From contig JBAYHC010000001.1 in the NCBI GenBank assembly GCA_041666325.1, positions 393,708-457,707 of the forward strand: 64,000 nt of DNA. Reading direction: 5' to 3'. The DNA is from Patescibacteria group bacterium (GTDB lineage Bacteria > Patescibacteriota > UBA1384 > XYA2-FULL-43-10 > 1-14-0-10-43-13). The notes under the pieces were generated by a model that did no database searches, was not told the origin of the DNA, and saw only the letters and a list, made by a program, of their open reading frames with translations. The position numbers and the translations under genes were made by a program. This document shows, piece by piece, positions 38,056 through 46,615 of the stretch; position 1 is the first letter of the stretch; every line of letters starts with the position of its first letter.

Positions 38056-39990
38056 TTAATTATCATCGCTCGATTCCGGCGCGTCGGTGGGAGCATCGGC
38101 GGCCGAATCTTCACCGCCAGTTGAATCGGAATCAGGAACTTCGCCACCGGGATTCTCCTCTTCGAACTGGGCACTGGCGGCCGAACTTTCTGCTTCCTTT
38201 GTTTCGTTGCCCGATGACATCGCGTCGTTTCCTTCTAATACTGATGACGAATCGCTTGACTCCGGATCTGTCGCCCCACTTTCATCAGCAACGGTCTCGG
38301 CACTAAGCTCATCTTCTTCTTGATCATAAATCTCAAATAAGTCCACCAAATCGGTATCGCCTTCATTAGCTGACTGGCCATCTGTCGACTCAGCGTCAGT
38401 CTGAAACGATAAATCTTCCATCAACTCGTTCATCTCATCAATTTGGGCTTGACCCAATTCGGCAAGCTCCAGTTTTAGATCAAGTGCATTTTCCTTCTCG
38501 AGCTCTACCAGAAAAGCGGAAAATCCGTCTAAAACCTCTTTAAAACCGTTAAGAATATCAAGGTTTAAGAGCGCCATCTGCGTTGAATCGCCAGCCTCAA
38601 ACGAGTCGGACAGCACAGTCTTTAGGGCGGTTTTATCCGTTACCATTTTGGAATTCTCGACCAAAGTGCTGACAACTTCTTTATTGACCGCTTCGCTTTT
38701 CCCCTTTATTTCAGCCGCGGTCGAGGCGGTCGCGATCAAATTGACAACCTTCATCTCAGTTAGCCCCGAGGTCAGTGCCAGGGTCGAGAGCTTTTCTCCC
38801 TGCTCTTTGTCGGACTTATTCAATTTGCTTAAGTTTTTGGTGATATCGATTTGAGCATCTTTGTAATCGGATAACGATTCGTCAAGACACTCCTTGTCCT
38901 TGGCCAGTTCGTCCTTACTCTCCTTCATCACCTGAACCTTCTGGGCCGCCTGCTTAATCTTTTTTGTGGTTTTCTTTTCCTTGTTGAAGGTAAGGCCGGC
39001 TGAAATATTGTCCTTAAAATCCTTCAGGCCAGAGAGTGTTGAACAGGGCTTAACCTCCAAACCGAGCAATTTTGATTTGTCGCCCAGCCCCAACTTTTTT
39101 ACATCATCCTGGAATTCATCAATCACCGCCTGGTGGCCACTTGCCAGCAGGGCGGACGAATCTGGCAGCGCGGCAATCGATAAACTTTGAGTCAAGACAT
39201 TGTTTGATTCATTCCCCTCAGCGATTCGGTTCTCTTGATCGATAGTTATAATCAAATCCTTGGCGGTTTTGCGGTTATCAACCGTAATCAGCCGCTCTTT
39301 TGTTAGTACTCCCGCCGGTCCGATATTTTCAAAGAAGGAGTAACTAAAATCACTGCCAAAGTAGCTCTCCGAGCCATCTTCATACTTAACTTTAATATTG
39401 TGGTTTGGCTCGGAAATCGAGTTACCGCCGACGTAGCCGACCAAACCGCCGTTAACTATTTTATAATAAACAACGTACTGATCCGCCCAGGAGTAGGGGG
39501 AGGTGTCCTGCTTTTTGGCGTAAGCCCCCGTGGCATAAAGATCGGGCGAGGGCGCGTCGAATAATTTTGTATTATTAGCCCGATTAGAATCGTTGTCTGC
39601 TCTTAATTCAACCTTTACCTTGGCCATCTCGCGATGGCGAAAACGGACTCCCTTTGAGATCGGCGACCAATAAGTTTGATTGGCGCCGATGGTAATATCC
39701 GTAAAAACATCCTGGTAGTAAACCGACATGCCGTAGTCAAGCGCGCCAACGCTCTCATGCAACCGCCCGCCGCTGGCGCTAACCGGCTCGACGATCAGAT
39801 AAATCCGGCCGGTAAAGTTAGTCGGACTGACATTTTTAATCAGAACCTTATTGGGATGGCCGGTTGCCGTATCGTAATCGACATCCATCACTTCGAGATC
39901 AAAAGCCGGAGTGCTCGTTTCCGCCCGAACCAAAACAGGCGAAAACAATAGGGTTAACAACATCAAGAGCGCAAGTGTTTTTTGTTTCAT
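38056..39990 (-). CDS. secreted coiled-coil protein with acidic C-terminal tail
   Basis: A signal peptide ('...LLFSPVLVRAETS') is followed by a central heptad-like K/E-rich region of about 250 aa and a D/E/S-rich C-terminal region of about 90 aa. Confidence 0.55.
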   Translation of the reverse strand: MKQKTLALLMLLTLLFSPVLVRAETSTPAFDLEVMDVDYDTATGHPNKVLIKNVSPTNFTGRIYLIVEPVSASGGRLHESVGALDYGMSVYYQDVFTDITIGANQTYWSPISKGVRFRHREMAKVKVELRADNDSNRANNTKLFDAPSPDLYATGAYAKKQDTSPYSWADQYVVYYKIVNGGLVGYVGGNSISEPNHNIKVKYEDGSESYFGSDFSYSFFENIGPAGVLTKERLITVDNRKTAKDLIITIDQENRIAEGNESNNVLTQSLSIAALPDSSALLASGHQAVIDEFQDDVKKLGLGDKSKLLGLEVKPCSTLSGLKDFKDNISAGLTFNKEKKTTKKIKQAAQKVQVMKESKDELAKDKECLDESLSDYKDAQIDITKNLSKLNKSDKEQGEKLSTLALTSGLTEMKVVNLIATASTAAEIKGKSEAVNKEVVSTLVENSKMVTDKTALKTVLSDSFEAGDSTQMALLNLDILNGFKEVLDGFSAFLVELEKENALDLKLELAELGQAQIDEMNELMEDLSFQTDAESTDGQSANEGDTDLVDLFEIYDQEEDELSAETVADESGATDPESSDSSSVLEGNDAMSSGNETKEAESSAASAQFEEENPGGEVPDSDSTGGEDSAADAPTDAPESSDDN

Positions 39991-40001
39991 TGGGTTCTCC
40001 T

Positions 40002-40955
40002 TTATTCACCAGTGTCGTATATGACACTGTCGTTGCTGATTGAAGCGTCCGTCGAAACAGAGTCGTCATAATCAATCGAAGATGAATTATCTGTCGAGGT
40101 GTCATTAGCCGCAGAAGAGTCAGACGATATCGAAGTTGACGGAGCCACCACCGATGCCGCTGAGCTGGCGGCATCATTTATGAGAACATTATAAGGACTA
40201 CCCTCTTTGACCGGAGATGGTGTCGAGATAGATAGTTTAGCATAATCATAAGTTCCCTCCGAAACCGAACCGTCCTTCATCTCAGTTCTGGTTTTTCGAA
40301 GCTGGTAATCTTTGTTGTCAAAATAGATGAATTCGGTGTAATCGGTATTGGCCGGATCAACTACTTTGTATTTAAAACAGGTTAATTTAGCACACGCTTC
40401 GGTGCCGATCTTTTGATAGGTCGTCTTGTCAGCAGTGTCGTCAACCTTGGTATCAAAATCAACCTGTGACTCTGTCTCTGCCGCTACATTCGTATCGGTT
40501 GGTTTCGGCGTATACTTAAACCACTTATTGTCACTGTAATCTTTGGTATAAGTAGTCGTGCCGATGGAGATGGTCTGATAACTTTCTTTGCCGTTTTCAG
40601 ACATGATAATTTGGCTGTTTTCTTTGCCTTCCATTTTGAAAACCGAAGCCGTCGTTTTGCCATCAGCAGCCGTGTCGGAGGAGTTCATTGTAAAGTATTT
40701 AACTTCTTTCCAGCCATTGATGAATTTGCACAGATCGGGATCGTTGTATCTGCAATTTGGATTCAAGCTCTTTGACACAACGGTAGATAATATCCCCCCT
40801 CCGCCTGAGCCATCGCTTGATTTACTGGCAAAAACAAAATAGCCGACAGCAGCAACCAGCAAGACAATAACAATAACGAGCATGAGCCACTTCTTGCCCT
40901 TCGGTTTAGTTTCCTTCGTGGGCAATGTTCTTTCTTCTTCTCCCTCCATATGCAA
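40002..40955 (-). CDS. membrane-anchored secreted protein with Ser-rich C-terminal tail, hypothetical
   Basis: 317 aa with an N-terminal TM. Confidence 0.45.
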   Translation of the reverse strand: MHMEGEEERTLPTKETKPKGKKWLMLVIVIVLLVAAVGYFVFASKSSDGSGGGGILSTVVSKSLNPNCRYNDPDLCKFINGWKEVKYFTMNSSDTAADGKTTASVFKMEGKENSQIIMSENGKESYQTISIGTTTYTKDYSDNKWFKYTPKPTDTNVAAETESQVDFDTKVDDTADKTTYQKIGTEACAKLTCFKYKVVDPANTDYTEFIYFDNKDYQLRKTRTEMKDGSVSEGTYDYAKLSISTPSPVKEGSPYNVLINDAASSAASVVAPSTSISSDSSAANDTSTDNSSSIDYDDSVSTDASISNDSVIYDTGE

Positions 40956-40988
40956 CTCCTTAATCTATTTCTTCTTTATATTATAAGA

Positions 40989-42071
40989 TTATTTTGCCGC
41001 TGGCGCTACCTTGTAGTACAGTTGCCACTCAGTGCCAACTTTGACTGGAGTGGGATCACAATAGATTTCTCCTGTGTTCTCTGCCAGCCGAACACCACTG
41101 TCATTAATAAAATTGAGTCCGTCCGTAGTGGTGGCACTGGCGATACCGGCTTTGCAAAAGAACTGACGGTATGTTCCACCCCCAACATCAACAGTTTTCG
41201 AAATTGCTCCATCTGTGCGAATAGTTTTTTCCAGATTGAAAGTCTGGCCATCGGATGAGGAAAAAGCGATCTGCTTGCTTCCCTTGGCTAGGTACATGAA
41301 CCATTTACCACCAATTTTGACGACATCGGGATCAGTCAAAATCTCCGTTGTCTCGTAGCGAGAACCACTCTCCAGAGTAAAGTTCAAGCCATCAGTTGAG
41401 ATAGCCGTTTTTATTTTGTTGAGCTCGTTCGTTGGGATAGGAACACCATTGGCATCGAGCGGGGGCTTCTTGGCCGGAAAGGCGACAAAGAAAAGGCGGA
41501 TTTGACCATCATCCAAGAGAACCGCTTGCGGATCGGCTGGCACAAAGACTTCGCCGTTGGTCGGAATCGAGACCGAGCCCTGTTTCCAGGTCTTACCATT
41601 ATCTTTGGAGACCGAGACCATCAAGCCCTGGGTGCTGCGCTTGGCCCCATCAACTGCATAGAGAAACAATGTCCCATCCGCCATTCTAACAACATCAGGC
41701 ACAGAGGACTTGTCGGCAACTAACTCTTTGCCGCTAAAAGTTAAACCGTCGGTTGACGTAGCTTTGTAAACCTTGTGATAATACGGCCCGTTCTTGTCGC
41801 CGTAAGGATCCCCGGCCACCTCGGAGGCTTGATCAAAAGAAAGAGTCTCATATGTCCGAAGCCCTGCCTTTGTGACCGTCTCAGTTGGAGTTGCCTCAGT
41901 TCCCACATCGGTGATACCGGTATCATCTTTTGGCTGTCTTAACAAAACAATAATTGCCCCAATGGCTATAACAACAGCTACAGCAACTAGAGCAATTATG
42001 AATTTGGAGCCAGGCTTAGACACAGCTGGATTTTGATCGCTCGCATATTCAGAGTTCTCATCGTTGACCAT
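40989..42071 (-). CDS. membrane-anchored BNR/Asp-box repeat beta-propeller protein
   Basis: It has an N-terminal TM and carries 'ATSTDGLTFSG', 'VSKDNGKTWKQ', 'ISTDGLNF' and 'TTTDGLNF'. Confidence 0.6.
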   Translation of the reverse strand: MVNDENSEYASDQNPAVSKPGSKFIIALVAVAVVIAIGAIIVLLRQPKDDTGITDVGTEATPTETVTKAGLRTYETLSFDQASEVAGDPYGDKNGPYYHKVYKATSTDGLTFSGKELVADKSSVPDVVRMADGTLFLYAVDGAKRSTQGLMVSVSKDNGKTWKQGSVSIPTNGEVFVPADPQAVLLDDGQIRLFFVAFPAKKPPLDANGVPIPTNELNKIKTAISTDGLNFTLESGSRYETTEILTDPDVVKIGGKWFMYLAKGSKQIAFSSSDGQTFNLEKTIRTDGAISKTVDVGGGTYRQFFCKAGIASATTTDGLNFINDSGVRLAENTGEIYCDPTPVKVGTEWQLYYKVAPAAK

Positions 42072-42193
42072 CTTCCCTCACTTTTTACTAATACTTTTTT
42101 CAGTATATGCTAAAATCCGCCGCTCAAGTAGTGCTCACACTAAAAGGATATATTTCGCTATCATTTTGTCGACCAAACCAACAAGCTCCGTTA

Positions 42194-42345
42194 CCGTGAT
42201 TCCGAAAACCCATGCTCAATTTGTCATCCTGAACGGAGTGAAGGATCTAGAGCTTGTGGCTTGAGCTCGTCTGGAAAAAATACACGCTTCGCTAGATTCT
42301 TCGTTACACTCAGAATGACATAGTAGGAGGTTTTCGGAATCACGG
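42194..42345. repeat. 152-bp element bounded by perfect 17-bp inverted repeats (CCGTGATTCCGAAAACC), with a nested imperfect palindrome inside
   Basis: The arms at 42194-42210 and 42329-42345 are exact reverse complements. The inner 'tgtcatcctgaacggagtgaaggatctagagc' pairs with 'gctagattcttcgttacactcagaatgaca'. Confidence 0.6.
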
Positions 42346-42433
42346 CCGTTGCTATTGACAATTATTGAATTACATGTTACTGTAGACACTATCTAGCCAC
42401 TGGTGGCAGACAAGGAAAGGAAGGGGCAGAACA

Positions 42434-42823
42434 TTGGATAGGATCGCCAGAGTATTCTTCAATCCGACAGAGGACGGCCTCAACCAGGTGGAGGAGGGCC
42501 GCTTCTATGTGATCCCAATCCACGACCAAGCTGAGGCCATCGGACTACTTGTGTACCTCAAGCCACAGACGGACGGCACCTGGGGTCACATCACCGACCT
42601 CGAGGCGAGCATCACCGACCTGAACGCCAAGGGGTGCGTAACGGAGATGCAGTTCTACGAGAACATGTTCACCGTTCACGCACTGATCCAGGGCGTCCAA
42701 CCCGATGCCCAGGTGTTTCCCGTCACCAACGGAGACCGTTGGATCACGCTGGAGCAGGCGTTCGCCGCACTGAACGGTGTCGTGGCCTGTCGGGTCAGCG
42801 GCCGTCGTGGTTGCTGCCACTGA
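42434..42823 (+). CDS. orphan small protein on a GC-rich insert (TTG start)
   Basis: 129-aa ORF at about 60% GC, against a local background of about 40%. GGAAAGGAAGGGG RBS lies 8 nt before the TTG. A perfect terminator follows it. Confidence 0.45.
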   Translation: MDRIARVFFNPTEDGLNQVEEGRFYVIPIHDQAEAIGLLVYLKPQTDGTWGHITDLEASITDLNAKGCVTEMQFYENMFTVHALIQGVQPDAQVFPVTNGDRWITLEQAFAALNGVVACRVSGRRGCCH

Positions 42824-42850
42824 CGTGCACCGCACCAGCGACCGCGCTTT

Positions 42851-42884
42851 GGGCGGGTCCCTACGGGGACCCGCCTTCTTTTAT
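42851..42884 (+). terminator. rho-independent terminator
   Basis: GGGCGGGTCCC-tacg-GGGACCCGCC followed by TTCTTTTAT. Confidence 0.7.
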
Positions 42885-43093
42885 AGTCTTATGTCCGCGC
42901 AAGTTCGCCAATGACCTTCTGCAGCAACATTGCTTTCGGCCAGATAGATACTCTTCTTACCGGTACCGCACCCAAGATCAAGGGCGGTTTTGCCCTTGAT
43001 TGTGCCACCATCAACGAGATGCCGAGACCAATCAGCTTGCGTCCGCTGCCAGGGAATCTGATCCAACGGCACGGTTGAATAATATTTTCCCAA
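42881..43093 (-). pseudogene. 5' remnant of a TehB-like SAM-dependent methyltransferase gene
   Basis: The product is 70 aa. '...GKTALDLGCGTGKKSIYLAES' matches TehB '..[21 protein letters not shown]' (motif I). Homology ends where the GC-rich insert begins, at about 42925. The remaining part of the gene is absent from the window. Confidence 0.5.
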
Positions 43094-43254
43094 TAGTTAC
43101 CACTCATCAAAACACCTTTCCACACTTATGCCCAAAGAGCTTCCATCCTCTCCCCTTGCCATCCTCAGGCTTGATCCGAGGATCTAAAGGACTACCAAGG
43201 ATTTACGATAAGATGTGGGCACATTCCGAGCACTCGCTACGTCTCTAATTGCCA

Positions 43255-43953
43255 TTAGTTATTTATGACATCATATTTGACATTCAAGTATGAATGTTTT
43301 AACTCCGCGCACTCTGTTAGCCTTAACGGTCTGATCTTCGTCAAATCTGCTTCTGCTCGTAGTGAATCACCATCAACCAATGTTGCTGTATTCTTTCCGC
43401 CCACCAGAGCAGGTGCAACAACAATGGAAAGGTGGTCAACCAGCCCGGCACGGATTAATGTGGCATTCATTGTTCCACCGGATTGGATCGTCATTCGCTC
43501 AAAGCTAAATTCGTCTTTTAATCTCTTGAAAAGATCGCCAAAATCGATTTCACTTTCATAGGACAAAATGGTTACATTGCCAAGCTCTTCCTGGATCGCA
43601 ACTGCAGGATGGTTTTTGTCTGTAGTAACAAGAAAAAGTTTCTCTGTCCATTTCGACAAATATCTAATACCGCCATCCTTCAAGTGCGGCTCGTTATCAA
43701 CAATGACGAAGCTACAAGGGATCTTGTTGGGACTCTCTGTCCGATCGTTAAGCCCAATCTTGGCCATGACACGCCCAGTATTAAATGACAAATTATCTGT
43801 CTGTTTCTCAAGATCATAGTACTGTTGCAAGCCCTCACTAACTCCAGCAATAGTTGGAAAATCCTTATCCACATCCCGGTTGTCAGCGTCGCCAGTCGAA
43901 ATCTTTCCATCTACCGACATCAACATAAACAACGTCGTCTCGACTCTATTCAT
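43255..43953 (-). CDS. RibD C-terminal domain / dihydrofolate-reductase-like protein
   Basis: 'TTLFMLMSVDGKISTG' and 'GG..L...L...LVDHLSIVVAP.LVG' follow the PF01872 pattern. Confidence 0.7.
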   Translation of the reverse strand: MNRVETTLFMLMSVDGKISTGDADNRDVDKDFPTIAGVSEGLQQYYDLEKQTDNLSFNTGRVMAKIGLNDRTESPNKIPCSFVIVDNEPHLKDGGIRYLSKWTEKLFLVTTDKNHPAVAIQEELGNVTILSYESEIDFGDLFKRLKDEFSFERMTIQSGGTMNATLIRAGLVDHLSIVVAPALVGGKNTATLVDGDSLRAEADLTKIRPLRLTECAELKHSYLNVKYDVINN

Positions 43954-43968
43954 AATAGTTCCTTTAGC

Positions 43969-44439
43969 TTATTTTATTTCAACTTCATCAATCCCGCCGA
44001 ATTCTTTGACGGGGATGGATTTGATTTGCTTTTTCTTCTCGGGATCAATCTGCGGATAGGTCATATCGAACTCACCACAAACAGATTCACAATCGTCCTC
44101 AACAAGAACATCTGGCATGACTCTCCCTGCTACATCAGCATAGCTTTCGTCACCCTCTCTATAATATATCTCTCCATCAGGAAAATCATACTTTTTAAGC
44201 ACTTGCCGTATCGACTCGATCTGCTCTGGTTTACGACGAGAAGTTAAATAGCCGATTTGATGGCCGGCCAACTGCCACTGCCTAATCTTCTCTACCGCCC
44301 TGCCTATCGGAACGTATGATGAATAATCACCAACGGACTCGTCCTCGTCGCGAATCTGCTGGACAATTTCTTCCCGGTTATGCCCAGCCGCATTCTTGTG
44401 CATTAATATAGTTCCTTCGGTAAAAATAAGTATTTTCAT
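43969..44439 (-). CDS. hypothetical protein
   Basis: 156-aa ORF tightly packed between the RibD_C and Maf genes. Confidence 0.45.
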   Translation of the reverse strand: MKILIFTEGTILMHKNAAGHNREEIVQQIRDEDESVGDYSSYVPIGRAVEKIRQWQLAGHQIGYLTSRRKPEQIESIRQVLKKYDFPDGEIYYREGDESYADVAGRVMPDVLVEDDCESVCGEFDMTYPQIDPEKKKQIKSIPVKEFGGIDEVEIK

Positions 44440-44471
44440 AGGTAAATTTAAGAAAGAAAAGAAATGTAAAA

Positions 44472-45050
44472 TTAATTCCTTACTGCAAAACCAAACTGTT
44501 TTAAATCTTCAAGTACATTTTGCAAGGGCAGACCCATAATGGTGTAAAAATCACCCTCAATGTGGTCAATCAAACTTTTGCCGATGCCCTGAATTGCATA
44601 AGCACCGGCTTTGTCTATCGGCTCACCGGTCTCAATATAATCATCAATCTCTTGACTGGAAAGGTGTTTAAAGAAGACCCTTGCTTCCACCGACTTTGAA
44701 ACGCTTTTACCGGAATCGGTATCAATAATACTGTAGCCAGTCCAAACCGAATGCTGTTGGCCTCTTAGTTCTGTTAGCATTTCTTTTGCCCATTCAGCAG
44801 TGTGGGGCTTGCCTAATATTTTATTATTAAAAGAAATAATGGTGTCTGATCCAATTACAACAGCGTCCCTATGCTTATCCGCCACAGCCTTAGCCTTGCC
44901 CAAAGACAACTGCTTGACCAAATCCGCCGGAGTCAGATCAAGCGACATATCTTCCTCGAAATCGCTCGCCTCTGTCACAAAATCAAGGCCGGATTTTTCT
45001 AAGATTTCTTTGCGCCTTGGCGATGTCGAAGCGAGAATAAGTGTTTTCAT
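44472..45050 (-). CDS. maf: Maf-like nucleotide pyrophosphatase
   Basis: 'MKTLILASTSPRRKEILEKSGLDFV' and '...AGAYAIQG' are Maf/YhdE signatures. Confidence 0.85.
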   Translation of the reverse strand: MKTLILASTSPRRKEILEKSGLDFVTEASDFEEDMSLDLTPADLVKQLSLGKAKAVADKHRDAVVIGSDTIISFNNKILGKPHTAEWAKEMLTELRGQQHSVWTGYSIIDTDSGKSVSKSVEARVFFKHLSSQEIDDYIETGEPIDKAGAYAIQGIGKSLIDHIEGDFYTIMGLPLQNVLEDLKQFGFAVRN

Positions 45051-45094
45051 CTCAGTCCTTGATTAATCATAACCATTTTACTTTTATTAGAATC

Positions 45095-45145
45095 GGGCAT
45101 TTATACCAAAATATACTGTTGCCTATTTAGCATCAATCAAGCGCT
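45095..45145 (-). promoter_or_regulatory. duplicated promoter-like element, copy 1 (upstream of maf)
   Basis: The minus strand reads TTGATGCTAAATAGGCAACAGTATATTTTGGTATAAATGCCC and contains -35/-10-like hexamers. It is about 85% identical to 46379-46429. Confidence 0.45.
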
Positions 45146-45279
45146 CATTTGAGATACTCGCCAAAACGAATCTTGTCCTTTACCCGAGACACACTGCGAC
45201 TAAGTGCCTCGATCCTAAAATATTATCAGTTATGCAGTTTTTCAGTCCGGCGTTTCTTTGCCGCCGCAAAACCTCCGTT

Positions 45280-46038
45280 TTATCGCTGACGCTGCTCATC
45301 GTTTGCAATCTGTCTCCTTAACCGGTCGATTCGCTCCGCTTCGTCCTCCTGGTGCGCTCCCTCAACTGAGACCTCTGCCTGCGAATGGCTCAATGGCTCC
45401 AATGAAGCGATTAAATCAGTATCTTTGCCTTCCGGAGCCATTGAGGCGATTGGTTCCAAGCCAGTTCCGCCAGGATCGAGTGCCGCTTCTAATTCAGCAG
45501 TCCTCTCTCTGCCCAAAAACCTTGCCGCCAACGTATCGATTGTTGTCTTGCGCATCTCAGTGATGTAAGACTCTCTAGGAAAAGAGCATAGGGCATCAAG
45601 AATTTTATCTCCATGTTGTTCTGTGCTCTGCTGAGCCTCATCTGGTGGAGCATCAAGAAAAGAACATGACCCAGCGATAAGTTTAGTACGAACTGCCCCA
45701 CGACTATACACAGAGACCAGCGCAGATGGACGCCAAAGGTTAGAGTCGGTTTTGGGAGCCTCGGCCTTTATTTCCAAACTAATAGTGGGCTTTCCACTAA
45801 AAGACAAGTGAATGTCGATAGTACCGTTACTATACTTACTGTTAATCTCTTGCCGATAAGCAGACACAAAATCGCTGATCGTATTTAACATACCAAAGTA
45901 GGCAGTACTCAATCTTCGCTTATATTCCTCGGAGGTCTCGTTTTCACTAGTTTGCCCGACAGTTTCACTATCTTTTGCGCCAGTCTTGGTTGCAGATTCA
46001 GGTTCCGCGTGACCATAGCCCCATCCGCCAAAAATCAT
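45280..46038 (-). CDS. hypothetical protein
   Basis: 252-aa ORF with an AGAGGG RBS. Confidence 0.45.
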   Translation of the reverse strand: MIFGGWGYGHAEPESATKTGAKDSETVGQTSENETSEEYKRRLSTAYFGMLNTISDFVSAYRQEINSKYSNGTIDIHLSFSGKPTISLEIKAEAPKTDSNLWRPSALVSVYSRGAVRTKLIAGSCSFLDAPPDEAQQSTEQHGDKILDALCSFPRESYITEMRKTTIDTLAARFLGRERTAELEAALDPGGTGLEPIASMAPEGKDTDLIASLEPLSHSQAEVSVEGAHQEDEAERIDRLRRQIANDEQRQR

Positions 46039-46054
46039 TTTCCCTCTTCTCTTT

Positions 46055-46384
46055 TCATTTATGCACGGTAAACCTAATAATTTTTATAGGCGTATTTTGA
46101 TCGACGGGTTTGCCATAATAACCTGAATAGGTCTCATACATCTCCTCGTCCGAAGCGTAATCTTCATGACCAAATTTATCTTCAGAGGCCAACCGACCAA
46201 ACGTCTTTGCGGCAACTGTTGCAATGACAGCCCGGGCAAATGGCTTCGCCTGGCCTGACTCAAGAAATACAAGCTCATCGCCCTCCCTCAAGTCTTTGTC
46301 GTCCCACAGCCGCCAGGTAGCTGTTTTTTCGCCGGACAGAATAAGTGGGACTAATTTTGATGCAAACTTTATATATTTGGGCAT
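46055..46384 (-). CDS. ASCH domain protein
   Basis: '...LILSGEKTATWRLWD...GDELVF...' is an ASC-1 homology beta-barrel pattern. The start codon lies inside the duplicated promoter-like element. Confidence 0.65.
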   Translation of the reverse strand: MPKYIKFASKLVPLILSGEKTATWRLWDDKDLREGDELVFLESGQAKPFARAVIATVAAKTFGRLASEDKFGHEDYASDEEMYETYSGYYGKPVDQNTPIKIIRFTVHK

Positions 46385-46429
46385 TTATACCAAAATATAC
46401 TGTCGCCGATTTAGCGTCAAACAAGCGCT
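46379..46429 (-). promoter_or_regulatory. duplicated promoter-like element, copy 2 (overlapping the ASCH start codon)
   Basis: The minus strand reads TTGACGCTAAATCGGCGACAGTATATTTTGGTATAAATGCCC. The ATG of the ASCH gene is the ATG within 'TATAAATGCCC'. Confidence 0.45.
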
Positions 46430-46615
46430 GAAGATATACTGCCTACTTTCAAATAAATAGTGATGGCGGTTGCTCGTCCCAAACCCCAGCGGCCGATCAC
46501 CCAGGCATGGAGACGCGAACAAAAAACTACTAGCAAATTATTTACTGTATTGCTTTTTTGGTGGTAAGAATTTAGAATATATATAATCAATAAATTGGTC
46601 TCCAAGGAGGGGAAT

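Noticed and set aside
42889-43125. 78-aa minus-strand ORF overlapping the TehB-like remnant in another frame
   Set aside because: The alternative frame (42881..43093) carries the recognisable SAM-methyltransferase motif I. This frame has no recognisable feature.
45258-45563. 101-aa plus-strand ORF
   Set aside because: It is antisense to the 3' end of the 45280..46038 gene and its composition is Pro/Leu/Arg-rich, typical of a wrong frame in GC-richer DNA.
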